Below are positions 42,919-57,549 of a stretch of 64,000 nucleotides of DNA, in pieces. A program made the translations under genes and the position numbers. The stretch spans positions 184,032,107 to 184,096,106 of the forward strand of contig NC_085844.1 in the NCBI RefSeq assembly GCF_035594765.1, in the 5' to 3' direction. The notes under the pieces were generated by a model. That model ran no database searches, was not told the DNA's origin, and saw nothing but the letters and a program-made list of their open reading frames with translations. Position 1 is the stretch's first letter. Every line of letters starts with the position of its first letter. Source of the DNA: Anolis carolinensis. Taxonomy: Eukaryota.

Positions 42919-45050
42919 CAGTGAGGATATTATTTCAGGAGGGTATCCCTGAAGATGTGTAAAACAACTGTGGGATCAACTCATGAAACAGAGTAATGTA
43001 AGGATGGTGACAACAGATCGACAGAAGATATTCTCTTCAACCACTATGGTCAATCTTTATCCTGGAAGAAGATAGACACCTTTGGTATCACAGGTAGCCC
43101 CAGAACCATCAGTAGCTTGCCCCATGGCACTCTGGACCAATATTCACACAAGTATACATGCCTCTTCTAAGTGATGGAAATGAAGATGAAAATAAATTAT
43201 TAAGCAGACATATTTAAGTTTCTACCAACCTAGTAAACAGGAGAGTGAAGCATTAAACATAATTTGAAAAAGCCAAGGATCATTGGGAAGGAGAAGGTTT
43301 TCATTTCCTTGCTACCGAACTGGTGCTAGGAAACATACTGTTTCTTGACTATCTATGAAAAGAATATCCATGGCTGAGAGAGCCTTCTGCTTCCAGATGG
43401 GAAATTCGGCTCTCTATTCATCCAGCAGCAGGAGAAAACACAAGGAAAAATGGGAGTGGGGGAGCTGTTCAGAGATGCACATGCTGTTATTTCTGGAAGG
43501 TCTAAGGCTCCATGCATTCAGGTGACCACTGTGTACATGGGAATAATAGGCAGGAAGTAGTATCCTACCTGTCTACTTCTGTGTGCATTTGAGGAGGTAT
43601 CATGGAGACTGCTTGTCTTAGGAATGGTACTTAATGGATGATTGTCTCCCATTGGCATAAAGAATCAGTTTGTTTTCGCTACTGTGTAAGATGTCTCACA
43701 TTGCTTTAGATAAACAGAGGCACTGGAGACTGTTTAGTAATTACCAGTCACTCCTCTGTAATGCTTGCCATTCCAAGGATCGGATCCAAACTCTTAAATG
43801 CTCAACCCAAGTATTTTCTTTTGGAAGAACAGTCACGACTCAAAAAGAAGCAAACTACTGTTTCCTTTTCGCAAAGCCTCATGTCTCCTCCTCCCTCCTT
43901 CTCATTTTCTTTTGTTTCTCAAAATATTTCTGATTTGTTTTTCCACGCCCACAAGCATGCAGGGCCTCTTACTTTTCAGGCTTGTATTTTAGCAATGCAA
44001 GGCATGCAATGGGTTTGCAGGAGCAGCTGGTAGCCTAGCCGATGGGCCTTGCACAATTAACTGGTTTCTTGTATAGTATTCTAATGCCACCAGACTGTAT
44101 GAAAAACCTTGCAGACTCAAAAGGCGCTAAGCTCTGAAATGAAGGGTACCGAATTGACAAGCTTTTCTCTCCCCACCTCTTTGAAGCCACCAGAAAAAAA
44201 AGAAAAAGGAGACAGGTTGTACGGGGAGAGGACAAAGCAATATTTATGAAATGCTCAGTTGCAGGGCACTCCCATGAAATTAGACAGCATTTTACATTGC
44301 AGTCAATTTGCACAAGGCAGAGAGGGGGAAAACAGGATCTACAGTATTTTTGAACTATTGAAATGTTTCAAAGGCAGCTTTGTAGAGACCTGAACAATGC
44401 TGCTGCTTTGGAGGAACTAGCAATATCTCTGCATCTGGATGTTTGACATCAGATAACAACAAAATCAAAACAAAACAAAACAAAGCCCATGTTCCCTCCA
44501 CCAGGCTGGTTCAGCCCATGGAAATTCCAGGGTGAAAATCCATGACAATGCTCCAGAGCCTGGAGCATGCTCTGTTGAACTCCAGTTTGCCTCATGCTTA
44601 TTACCACACTTCGGTGAGTAAAGGGGTCATCACGGGAACAGCGAGACGCAGGCAGAAGGAAGAAAGCAATGACACAGAGTGCTTTCCAGCTCAGTCTACT
44701 TCACTGCTAGTCTCCATCTCTATTCATCTTCAAAAATGGCTGATAAGTAAATGATGCCTAGCTCTTCCAGGTGATACAGAAATGTCACATTAATATTTGT
44801 CACACCCCTTTCTGGACCAAGTGCATTATGTTTTCACACCCTATAGCAGAACTTTCTAAACATTTCATGTTAGTGACACCCTTTGGAAATTTTCATCATT
44901 TTGTGATACAGCATTTCAGCTTAATCACTAAAGCAATAAAGTTATAAGACATACATGAATTGTAATAACGAAATGTATGGAGACACAACATATCTAATGA
45001 AAACCTTTTGTTTCTATTTTTTTAAAATACGATTTGTAAGATAATATTAA

Positions 45051-45372
45051 CCCAGTGGCGCAGCGGGCTAAACCGCTGAGCTGCTGAACTTGCTGACTGA
45101 AAGGTCGGTGGTTCGAATCCAGGAGTAAAGTGAGCTCCCGCTATTAGCCCCAGCTTCTGCCAACCTAGCAGTTCGAAAACATGCAAAATGTGAGTAGATC
45201 AATAGGTATCGCTTCTGTGGGAAGGTAACAGCGCTCCATTTAGTCATGCTGGCCACATGACCTAGGAGGTGTTTATGGACAACGGCAGCTCTTTGGCTTA
45301 GAAATGGAGGTGAGCACTAACCCCCAGAGTCGGATACAACTGGACTTAATGTCAGGGGAAAATCTTTACCTT
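45051..45372 (+). mobile_element. Sauria SINE
   Basis: tRNA-like A/B boxes; gccaacctagcagttcgaaaacatg body; BovB-related tail ending ACCTTT; TSD TAAGATAATA (45037-45046, 45373-45382). Confidence 0.9.
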
Positions 45373-47903
45373 TAAGATAATAATATATAATACATATTTC
45401 CAAGCATTTTGTCCTATTTTGTTATGTTTGTGTGACACACCTAATCACTGTAGCCAACAAATTACAAACTGTGATACATAGCTTGGAAAGCACCAAGATG
45501 TAGTTGTTCATGAAATATTATAAAAATACACCTAGAAAAATTATGGTGTAATCAATAGGAAATTTCACCAGAATGATGAAGGCAAGGGAAAACAGCAAAA
45601 TATTTTACTCATGTAGGGTAAAATATCAGCTGTTCTCTGTGTAGTAGCCTTCAGATGTGTTGGATGATGTGTCTCCTCATCCCAGCGAGCAGTCCAATGG
45701 ACATGATTATTGTGAATGATAGGATCTGTAATGAAAAACATCTGAGAGGGGCTGGATTGTGTTTTCTGAACCGTTAAATCAGGGATGGCAATTGTACAAT
45801 CCTCCAGGTCTTGTTGGATTGCAACCCCCAGCAGTTCTAGCCAATATAGTTAATTGTGAGAGATGTTGAGAATCGCAATCTAACAATGTCTGGAGGCCCT
45901 ATAATTCCTCCTCCCCCTGTAAACATTTAGCATAAGAGACTTGTTTGGCAAGCCACGAGGCATGATTTACAAGATTAAAACACAAGTCTACTGTTAACCC
46001 AAGTTTCAAAATGGCCAAGTCTTCAGCTCAGCAAAACATCTTTCATCCTGTGATTATCTTGGAAATTAACATTGTGTGTGACTTAAGAAGTAGGCCAAGG
46101 GCAGTCAATGTTCCATAGCAACTTGGAAACATTTCTGCCATTATGATCCCTTGCAGTAATACCACCTGGAGGAACCTTATCTCAGTCAGAAGTCAAGAAT
46201 CTGTCATTGCTGAACAAACCATTGCCCTTTATTTTTATACAGACAAAGAGCATTAAGCAGCAACATACACAACCAATCTTATTTTGGTGTTTTTTTTTAA
46301 TGTTTGTTGTTTTTTGGACTCCATGCTCCAAAATCAAGCAAACTCAAGAGGAAGGGCCCGGTCTGAATTTTTGAGAATTGACTATGGTTTATTTTAATGC
46401 TAATGTTTAGTTGTATGTTTCCCAAACAGATTCCCAAAACTATCATGGAAGATCTAATTACCAATCAGAGGATTTATTTTGCTTTTGTATGAGAGCTTTA
46501 TAGATTAATGTGTTAATACGAAGCTCTGTGACACACATGTCAGAAAAGCTGTTGCTAAAGCGATACAAAATATATGGGGGAAATGGATACATGTTTCAGA
46601 GTAAACAATGGAATATTTGGCATGTTAAAATATTAATAAACTGTACTGTCAATTTCCTTGTGCTAATAGTAACTTGTAGTTAAGTCAGCCAGAGGCACAT
46701 GGAACATAAGGAAGACAATGGGCAACACTCTCATTTAAATTCCATGCCGATTGAGGATTGAACAAAGAGAAGGGCATAAGTCTCCTTCACCTGTCACTCA
46801 TACAGCAAGACTGCCATTTTCAAAATCTGGTCTCAAATCAGATTTAACAGACATCTTCCAACCAGCTTTAACACTATTGATTTTTTAAAGACATGCCAAT
46901 CCTTAAATCTTGAGATTCAGACTTGCTGGCAGAACTTACAATTTTGGAGTTAGTTAAAAATGAGGGAGAGAATCCTGGAATAATACGAAGTTGCTTCCCT
47001 CACCATTGCAAATTGCATAGCTCAGATAAATTATTTTTGGACTACAATTCCTGGAAATTGTAGGCTGGAGTATGCTGGGGGTTGTAATCCAAAAGTTCAT
47101 CCAAGCTCTGGATTACATCTTCTGTCAAGACCACCATGCTCAGTATCAGCACATCATTATAGGAAAGGGCAGATAGCTAAAGAATCTGGTCTACCTAGAA
47201 AAAGTAGATAATTTAAGTTAAAATATATCTCTCCATTTCCTAACATGTTACAAACGTTCTAGGAGAAAAATTTTTTCCTGTCCCATATGTAAAGATTCAC
47301 TGAACAGCATTTACAACTAGAACTGTCAGACAATTTGGCCCCCACCAAGTATAAACATATTAACGTATGATAAGAGCCATCACCCAAAATGTAATTTTGT
47401 GAAGGAATACGTGTACTAGAAGGAGGTTCATGTTTAAGAAGGTCAAGTTCTACCATGTGACAAGTGACCAGCTGAATCAAAGAATCAAAATGAATATCTG
47501 AATATCTGTTGGCTCAACTAACAATTGTCCACAATTCTCAAGTATTTCTGCAGGGGAGTGCTGGAGTAATTCATGTGGCAAATTCTTTCCAAGATCATGC
47601 CGTCTACCTGCTATACTCCATACCCTAACCACACTCTGCTTAATGTATTCCTTTATTTGTGGATTAGACTACATAGCTTTTCCCTTTTCCACATTACCCC
47701 CTATCAACAGCTTCCCAATGGACGCACAAAGTGAGAGTTGGCTTAAATATACAACCATGTGGCAAGAATGTGGGAGAGGCGCAAGAGTGAGTTGGATAAG
47801 GTCTTCCAGATGTGCTGGTCTGCAGCTTGCAGAGTCCCTTGATATTAGTTGTTAGGAGTGGTGATGGTGGGGAGTTGAAGTACAATGTAGAAAGCATCTA
47901 GAG

Positions 47904-48037
47904 AAATGGTTCTCAACCTGTGGGTCCCCAGGTATTTTGGCCTACAACTCCCAGAAATTCCAGCCATTTACCAGCTGTTAGGATTTCTGAGAGTTGAAGG
48001 CCAAAACATCTGGGGACTCACAGGTTGAGAATCAGTG
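47904..48037. mobile_element. 135-bp-family hAT MITE nested in an older MITE
   Basis: Same family as 36843; inserted at atctagag. Confidence 0.85.
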
Positions 48038-48621
48038 ATCAAGAAGGTCAAAGTCTTCTCGTATCTGATGGTTCTAGGCATAACCTCAAGTTTCACACTT
48101 AATTCTTTTTATCCACTCCTTTGCTTTCCCAGCCCTAGAGCAGATGCACACCAACAGTTCTGAAATTCCTCTATCTTGGATCCAATTGCACCTAGCGCTC
48201 GTACTGCCCCATTGCAAGGTAAAAGTATCAGAAACATTTAAAATGTATTAATTTGGATGGTAGGAGATCCTTAATGTATCTATTCTACAGTTTGATAGCA
48301 CTAATTGCAATGGCTCCATCTAACACAATCTGGGGATGCATAATCTGGAGAGGGGCTTAGAATTTTCTTATAAAAGAAGAAGAGCAGTAGAAGAAGAAGA
48401 GAGCTCTTCTAGCAAGTAATTCCAAGTAGCTCACCACACTAGAAATCCCAAGATTCTGCAGGGTAGAATCTTTCTTAAAGCAGCATTAAACTACTATAAC
48501 TGTAGTATAGTTGCTTTTCTTCATGAATGACGTCCTTCACTAAGAGATAATGCCTATAGGAAAAGGTGTGTATATGAAACATGCTGATAAGACTAGGAAA
48601 GGTCATTGAAAACAGTTGCAA

Positions 48622-49101
48622 CACTGAAAAACACAGAATATTCCAAGCACAGAACAATAGCTTAAGAAATTGGAAGATATATATGACATGGACAAATTAA
48701 CATTTCTGTTTAGGCAACATAGAGGAAAACCTATAAAATATACGGACTGGACATATTATGAGGAATATAAGATAAAGAAGCTACACGATGAATAACAAGG
48801 TCTTTGTCGAGAATAATATACAACTGAACAAATCCATCCAGTAAATAAGGAACGAATAGAAAAATTATGATATAATTAATTCGTATCGATGAAAATGGAA
48901 GACTAACAAATTACCCTTTCCCTCTTTTCAAACTCCCTATCCTCCCCCCCCCCTTTATTTCTCATTTTACTTTTTTCTCTCCCCCGCTCCATTCTTACTT
49001 TCCTTAATCCCTATTGTAAATTCCCTCTAGAAAACTCTGTATTGTTTTTCTTTTTCTTTTATATATCTGATGAAAATTCCTTAATAAAATTATTTTAAAA
49101 A
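48622..49101 (+). mobile_element. 5'-truncated L1-clade LINE (ORF2 C-terminus plus 3' UTR)
   Basis: Decayed frame (W)KTQNIPSTEQ(W)LKKLEDIYDMDKLTF...DWTYY; AATAAA plus A-rich end; 14-bp TSD GAAAACAGTTGCAA (48608-48621, 49102-49115). Confidence 0.8.
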
Positions 49102-50315
49102 GAAAACAGTTGCAAAAGAGTGGGTAGCATGAAGTGAAAACGATTTGTGGCAAGCAAAAGCTGTTGCTGATACAGCTGGTGCAGAACATGGATTTTAAAA
49201 GGCTTTTTGGCCTTATAATTTCCAGTCTCTCATAGTCAGCAGCAGTCACCCAAAAAGAGGAAGTTCTCCAAGTTCTGCTTGCTCCACACTTAGCTTCAAG
49301 GTGCCAATTTGTTACAAGCACTCACGCTCAAAAACTATCCTTAAATTGTAGTAGGACTACATATGCAAAATATAAAAATAGTTGTGTTTGATAATTCCAC
49401 TGAAATGAGAGGCATATCTTCCTTTTTTTAAAAAAAGGTCAACTAACTTTGCAAATCCAAACAACAAATACCATCACTGCTGTCTTTTTACCATGTCATG
49501 ATGGGACACCAGCACTACAAACAATTGTTGGCTCCTGCCAACATCATACAGTAAAGGGGAAGAAAAATTATATGGGGTAAAAACAGTTAAGTTCATATCA
49601 AATACATTCTACTTGACAGTGTTTGAATTAACTCAGAAAGGACAAAGATCTTAAACCATCTGCAAATAATATGTAAAAGGTGGAAATCTGGAATTTTCTG
49701 CAAGGTCCATTGAATATTTAATAGCAAATTTCCCAAATTCAAATATTATTTCATGTCTTCTCCATGCCTTGACATCAACTTTTTGAAAAGTTGTATTTTG
49801 GACTATAGCTTCCAGGGACCACTAGCCAAAATTGCCATGTTAGTTGGGATATTCTGGGAACAATATCCAGAAAATACCTTATTGGATTGGAGTGTGTAAG
49901 CCACATGCCAGATGTTTGAGCCATTTAACATGCAAGTCTGCTTGGGGAACAAATGACACACATTGCCAGTTCTGAGCCATGTCTGAATGATGGCATGCAA
50001 GGAGGAATTCATTGATTTAGGATTTGTTTCTCTCTAATCAATACTAAAGCACAAGAGATCTTTAATCCTTCTCCAGGAAGCATGTCTTGTATGTCATCGA
50101 TGAGGATTAAAGGCACAGGCTTTGCATTTGGCAGTTAGAAAGGAGAAGATGTGAATATGAGCAGTTCTGTCATCTCAAAATAATTAGCTCAGATCTAAAC
50201 AGAGGATTAGGAGGGGGAAAGCAGACAAACTCCTCCACATTTCAAAACATCTACAAATGGAAAGAAGACTTGTTTTCTTTTCAATTCCTCCTAAATATTC
50301 CAGTCAACAAGTCCC

Positions 50316-50536
50316 TGGGTGCCATGGCAGTTGAGAAATCCCAACACACTAACCTGCTCAAGCATCAGCCTTTATACCTCAGTGAATTGGGCCAAAGGAC
50401 AGGCAGAGAGATCTTCAGCCTTGTCTGCCAAAGGAGTCGCCTGAGAATGTATTTCTGATGGTATTTGGTGACCCCTCTGAAACCCCTTTGTGACCCCCCC
50501 CCCCCGGGGTCTCGACCCCAAGGTTGAGAAACACTG
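50316..50536 (-). mobile_element. One-ended hAT fragment with SPIN-like terminus
   Basis: Reverse complement cagtgtttctcaaccttggggtcgagacccc...aggggtcaccaaataccatcagaaa; second TIR not found; left boundary approximate. Confidence 0.6.
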
Positions 50537-51568
50537 TTATAGGATGTAGTCACAACAACAGAAATGGTATCAACCCCTGTAACTCTATAGTTTAGATAAG
50601 AATCTGGACTGTCTACCCAGCTCATGGGATCACACAGCCAGTTCATTGCTGTGAGAAAGTGAGAGCAAGTTAGAGGAGGTGCTTTGTGTGTCTTTTCCAG
50701 GAGACAGCTAAAGAAATAAAAGTAGCTTAAGGCAGGCAGGTTTCTCTTATAAGAGTAAAGGGGATAGTGAGATTTTTATATACCACCTGAATAGGATGGG
50801 GCTGTGCACACAGAGAGAGAGAGAGAGACAAAGACAGAGAATATCATTCAGAGTTGAGAAAGACTAAGGTGCACCATAGAAGACATGAAGACCACCATCT
50901 TAACACATTCGGAGACACCAGACACAACTTCATCAGCCCAAAACAAGAATATTCTGATTCCAAACAAAGCAGCTAGATTTCCAGCATGGAACAAAATATT
51001 TCACATGACCTGTGTCTTCAAGAGCAATTTTCTTATCTTTATAGCATTTTTAACCATCCCATCATCCTTTCTCTCTCCAGTCAGCGAGACTGGACATCTG
51101 AGAATCACATGTATGCTATATGCTAATTCCAGGACCATTTAAAAGCTGCCAATGCACTCTTTCTCAATTTCTCCTTCCCCTCTACATGACTCTTCTAACT
51201 TTCAAAGTGCTCAAGGTGTTTTAATTAACCCCCACATTGCCATTCTTCCATCTCACTGCCAAAGCAAAGATAAATAGAACATGCCCATTTTTATATCTTT
51301 GCAAGTCGTGGAAATGAATGGTACAAAGTGATTTCCCAGACTAGAAAGGGAGCAATGGGAGGTGACGAACTCAGGCTGTTGATTCAGTGTAACTCTCAAA
51401 AAATAATCTGCTTCAATGCCTCTTCCATCTAGGGACATACTAAGAATACTGCCAGTTTGGCTCTAATCGGCAGCCTTTGCTTCCTGAGAAAGAGCAGAAC
51501 AACAGACAGCATTTTGTAGTGGAACATTAATGAGCACATTTAACATCTTAGATACACAGTAAAACAAT

Positions 51569-51812
51569 ATATCTACACAGTATAGCAATTTGATATCACT
51601 TCAATGGCCATGGTTTCACAGTATGGGATCCTGGGATTTGTAGTCTGCAGAAATACTTAGAATTCTTTGCTAAAACAAAGTTCCAGTTGACTCTCCTGAA
51701 CTGTAGCCCTAGAGTTCTCTAATAGTAATTCTAAGTACTACACCTTTAGGTTTCCACAGGATAGAGCTATGGCAGTTAAGGTAGTATCAAACTGTTATTA
51801 ATGTAGTTACAC
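51569..51812. mobile_element. Degraded Harbinger-like palindromic MITE
   Basis: Homology to the 34071 and 63115 family. Confidence 0.55.
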
Positions 51813-51949
51813 ATACAGCCATCCTCTGGTTTTCTAAAATACAGCTTTGGTAATTTATCATCAGAGCTTGGACTTTGGAAGGATGGGAATCATAGTAAAA
51901 AACAAAAACAATGCACACTTCTACAATCTGGTTATGATAGATCTTTTTA

Positions 51950-52513
<564 letters not shown>

Positions 52514-54103
52514 CTAGCTTCCCTGTTCCTTCTGAGCATAGTTGCAGCTGCCACAGCACCTGGCGGGGGGAGAAGTGTTTTCTTAGCAACAGCAGAGTAT
52601 TCTCAGCTAACATTGTTATAATGCAAAGTACTTGGGGATGCTTTGGTCTTGAGTGGGTAGTTAAAACTCAAAATACCTCGTCGTCATAAGAACTACTAGA
52701 ACTGATTTGCTGATATGGATCAACACAGCTGCCTGAATTGTTCAGTCATTTCTTTGGGAGCCGGGTTACAGGGATCTGTAATTATAAACATTGGGACTCC
52801 AAAATGTACCTTTACACTACTGCCAAAGCCAACATATAGTGTGGGCTCAGGAAAAGTATCTGTTTAGTGTGAACTGAACAGCCATGTTCTTTATTCTTTG
52901 GCCAATTTAGAATGTTCCCCAAATGAAGGAACTACAATACCCAACCATATGTACTGCATTCAACCATATGTACTGCTTTTAAACCATTTGGGCTGGCAGA
53001 AAACTCACTCCAGATTGTCTTACACTCTTAAGCCACAACCAACCCTTAGGCCAGTTTATCAGGCTGCCAGAAAAAAAGAGTAACTGTTTTGTGATCAGTT
53101 CCCTGAATGGGCACAAACTGCCAAACCTTCCTCACATCCCTGTAATCTAGTATATTCATTGCATCAGTTTACTGCCCCTATCCAAACAAGCAGAAGTTGG
53201 CCATAACTTAAAGATGACTTTTCCATTTGATGCCACTGCGGGTTTCATTCCATGTTGAATCATTTTTCTCTGCCAGAAAATACAGTTTATATATCTTGGC
53301 AAATACAAGGTTTTCAAAACCAGCTGAACACCAGATAGTCATGCAAATAATAACATAATACCAAACTTTGTTTAAAGTGACATTGCTTGCTTTTTAAATT
53401 TCTTGCTTCTCTATAAAAGATCCATCCATATTTCAATGCTTTAGGGAAGAAATAGGGGGAAAGTACACCCCTCCCCTAGAATAGGATGCAAATCTAGAAC
53501 AAAATCTCTTGCACAACATTGGCATTGGGAGAACTGTGATCTAATGTATGTTTGTCTCCATGGTGAACCAATGCAGAACTATTTCAATAAAGCAGTCGTA
53601 TTCCTCAGGGACTGAGGTGACCGATATAATCTTGTAATCTAACATATGAGAATTTAAACTAATCCACCTGAAGATTACTATTTCCCCCATTTACACTGGT
53701 CATTCCCTCTCCCCATTTGTCATTATCATAAACAAGGGTTGTTTCCACAACAGGGACATGGGTGGGGGGAATAACAGGAAAACAGGGGGAAATGGTTTTC
53801 CTCCTTCAACCCACCCTCCACCCCCAGATAGTGGAACATTACCAGCAAGTTATTATAAAGCACACTATGGGTGAATAGTCCACTGTCTGCGCCTTCTCAA
53901 CCCATCTCACCTACCAATGCTACTCCCCAAACTGGCCCTCTGTTTACAATCCACCCCAAAGCCTCACCAAGTTGAAAGTAAGGAAGGAAGATTTATTCAG
54001 CTCCAAAAAGATGTTATCCCATGTCTTGAGGATCAGGAAAGCCTGATAAGCCAATAATGTAGTATTGCCATTATATAATAATGCAGTTACTTATAAGTAA
54101 CAT

Positions 54104-54372
54104 GCCGTGGAGCAATAGGTTAAACCCTTGTTCCAACAGAACTGCTGACCTGAAGATCTAAAGGTAGGCAGTTTGAATCCGTGAGATGGGGTGAGCTTCC
54201 ATCTGTCAACCCCAGCTTCCATGCGGGGACATGAGAGAAGCCTTCCACAGGATGGTAACACATCTGGGCATCCCCTAGGCAATGTCTCTGTACACGGCCG
54301 ATTCTCTCACACCAGAAGCGACTTGCAGTATTTTCTCAATTCGCTTCTGACACAATAAAAACAAAACAAAAC
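54104..54372 (+). mobile_element. Anolis SINE2-type SINE, older copy
   Basis: ccatgcggggacatgagagaagcc and ccagaagcgacttgcag blocks; A-rich tail. Confidence 0.85.
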
Positions 54373-55043
54373 ATGCTTTACTTAAAGAAGCATGCTATCT
54401 ACAACCCCCCAAAACTCCAAGGGAGAAACCCTAAGAAATATACCTAGCTCACTTTTAGCACAGGCTAACAGTTTATGATATATGTACCTATTGAAGAGAA
54501 TCATCTGTTTTCAAACATAGAGAAATTGGGTTCACTACAATGTAGCATTCACCCTGCCAAAAAATCTCCTTTCTTTCTAGTTCCACTTGCTACTGAAAGC
54601 AGAAACAAGAGCAATACCGGTATGTTTTTTTAAAACAAAATACTTTTGAATTACTAACTTGTCAGGACAAAACCTATCATGTGATTCTCTTCTGACAGTT
54701 AAATAGGGAAAGCTGAAAAGGTATGCATACAAACCAAAATATCATGCTCTTTTGCCGCAACATCATACTGGACAGATAAAGCAATGTAGCTTTAATCCAG
54801 TGTGTATGCACACTCTTAAAGAAGAAAATGAGCCATGTTGTGATCCTGAATAATGGGGATCTCTCTTGAGAGAGAAAAAATGGATATAATTATCATCATT
54901 ATCATAAGATTATAATGATTGTCCCTAGGAAGAGTTCTTCAAGTAGTCTCTCAAAGGAGTTAAATAAGGTTGCTTTCAGTTCATGCAGAAGAGTGACACA
55001 AAGTTTTAAGGTTGTCCAATACATCCCAAGCTGTGTATGCATT

Positions 55044-55385
55044 TGTGTGTGCATATATGTTTTCAAGTTGCCTATCAATCTATGGTGATCCTAAATACTC
55101 AGAGATGATTTGCCAGTTCCTTCCTCTGAAATGTAGCCTACAGCAGCTGGAATATCGCAGTCTCCCATCCAAGTACTAACCAGAACTGACCCTATATCAT
55201 TTCCAAGATATAATGCAGTGGATTCAGTACAGTGGTTATCAACCTGTGGGCCCCCAGGTGTTTTGGCCTACAACTCCCAGAAATCCCAGCCAGTTTACCA
55301 GCTGTTACAATTTGTGGGAGTGAAGGCCAAAACATCTGGAGACCCACACGTTGAGAACCACTGATCTATTGCCTTTTTATGGTGC
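55044..55385 (-). mobile_element. 5S-rRNA-derived SINE (SINE3 type) interrupted by a hAT MITE
   Basis: Reverse complement ctggttagtacttggatgggagac matches the 5S rRNA box C region; (CA)-rich tail. Confidence 0.7.
55230..55363. mobile_element. 135-bp-family hAT MITE
   Basis: TIR cagtggttatcaacctgtggg / cccacacgttgagaaccactg. Confidence 0.85.
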
Positions 55386-56776
55386 TTCACAGAAAACGCA
55401 TCAAGAGGCTTTATGTTTTTGGCATATCACCTATCAAACAAAATAACCAACAAAAAGTACCTTCCAACACCTCTCATTTTAAGAGGAGAATTAAAGGTGC
55501 TCCTTCCTAAATGGAGTTTATGACTGGACAAAAAGCCATAGATGGAACCTGTAATTGTAAACTGCTAATAAACAATATCAACCGCAATATAATTATCCCT
55601 TAATATGCTCATGTATTGCCTATAGCAAACTTTCTACAAATGTATTTCATACACAAACACACAGTAGAGAAAACAGAAAGAGAAATCATGAAAATTTAAA
55701 TCATTAAAGAAAAAAATGATTGAACTCTATTAACTACATTGATCTCTTGTGTTCTTGCCATCCCTTATAAGATTTCTGAGACAAATTCTACCAGAGGTTT
55801 TTAATCAACAGCATCAAAACTATCTATACACTGCTGTTCTCTTTAAAGCAGTGCCAAAAACCACATCCAGATCTGATTAAATATTTTGAGGTTTCTTTCC
55901 CTCTAAAAAATAGATTTCTAAAAATGGCCTTGTAGGTAGATGATATAAGGATGTGCTACTGCAATTGCTCTGAAGACTTTTTAGATACATATCCAGTCTC
56001 CTCAAATTATTACTTTTAAACAACTTTTGAGCTAGCTCAGACTATTCATATGCTGAAGCCATCACTTTTTTTTCACAGAGTGATACTGGCTACTGATGAC
56101 ACTATATAACTGTACCCCAAACCCTGCAAAGCAATAATCCACAGACTCATGTTCTCCTCCTGATATCATATGGCATTGTTACATTTAAAATAGGAACAAA
56201 GAGGGATGGAAAGTGTGCTTTTTATTATGGAAACTACTAGCCATAGCCCCCATTCTTCATGGGGGGAAATCATAATGAACAAAGCTGAAGATAACAGCCT
56301 CAAGAGAAGTAGCTATGTTAATCTGATGCTGCAATAATACAGAGTTCTCCTGCGTGTTAAAAACCAGCTGATTTATTATGAGTCTTTCTACAGGTTCATT
56401 TTATCAGATGCATGGTATAGATTGACCAAATATCCATAAAATGTAAATGGCAACAACTGTGATAATTCTGTGTAAAGCTTCAATTACAGTATGGCTCCTA
56501 TAGCAATGAGTGATTTATTTCTGGACTTCATGAGGATAGCAAATTCTATTGAATTGAAGGACCTCTGACCCAAGAATACCACAGGAGAGTCCTGTAGAAC
56601 CTGTGGCCCCCAGGTGTTTTTGGACTTTAGCTCTCATAATTCTTGACCATTGGACAAGCTGGCTAGAGCTTCTGGGATTTTGAGGCCCAAATGCATAAAG
56701 GGCCACAGATTGTGCAGACTTGACACAGAGTGAAACTTGGGGTTTTAGAAAACGCCCCCCGTTGCAATTAAGCCCT

Positions 56777-57549
56777 CAGTATGCTGATGACACCCAAATA
56801 TATTTCTCCATGCCTTCAAAAACATCCTCAGCTAAGGATAGTGTGTCTCCTCTGAAGGAATGTCTGAAGGAGATAATCCAGACACAACAGGGGTGCTTGC
56901 CATCAAGAGTCTTAACCAAAGGATGGAGGTGTGTCAACCTGCCCTAGATGGGGTAACACTCCCCCTGAAAGTCTGTGTTCACAGCTTGGGAGTGCTCCTG
57001 GATCTGTCTCTCCAAATGTCAGCCCAGGTAGATGTGATGGTCAGGAGTGCTCATTGTCGGCTTCAGCTGATCCACCAGTTGCACCCCTTCCTGGATTTGG
57101 AGGATCTAAATATGGTAGTGCATGTGCTGGTAACCTCAAGTTTGGACTTCTTGTCACACACTGAGGTCCTCTGGGGGGTGGTTACTCCAGCCTGCCAAAA
57201 CCCGACTAGTGATTGTCACTCAGAGGACCTTTTCATCGGCTGTCCCATGACTGTGAAACGACCTGCCAGAAGATCTCCGACAGCTAGATCAATTTAAAAA
57301 CCATCTAAAAATCTCTTCCAGTTGAAAGCATGAATTTTAAACTCAAGTCCTGTGTTTTGGTCTCTGTCCTGTGTGATTAAAGTGTATTTTACAGAAATAC
57401 TTTGATATATATTTTTTATGGGACTGCAATTTAATATGTGTGCTTACAGAATTTTTATTTGTATTTGTGTATTTTTGATTGTGCTATAACCCACCTCGAG
57501 CCATGGGGTAAGAAATAAAATTGTTGTTGTTGTTGTTGTTGTTGTTGTT
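56777..57549 (+). mobile_element. Decayed, internally deleted L2-clade LINE 3' part
   Basis: QYADDTQIY and SLGVLLD...LVTSSLD RT motifs; 3' stem-loop remnant; AATAAA; (TTG)n tail. Confidence 0.8.

Noticed and set aside
55160-55190. 5S rRNA gene
   Set aside because: Only a partial, diverged match that continues into SINE body sequence
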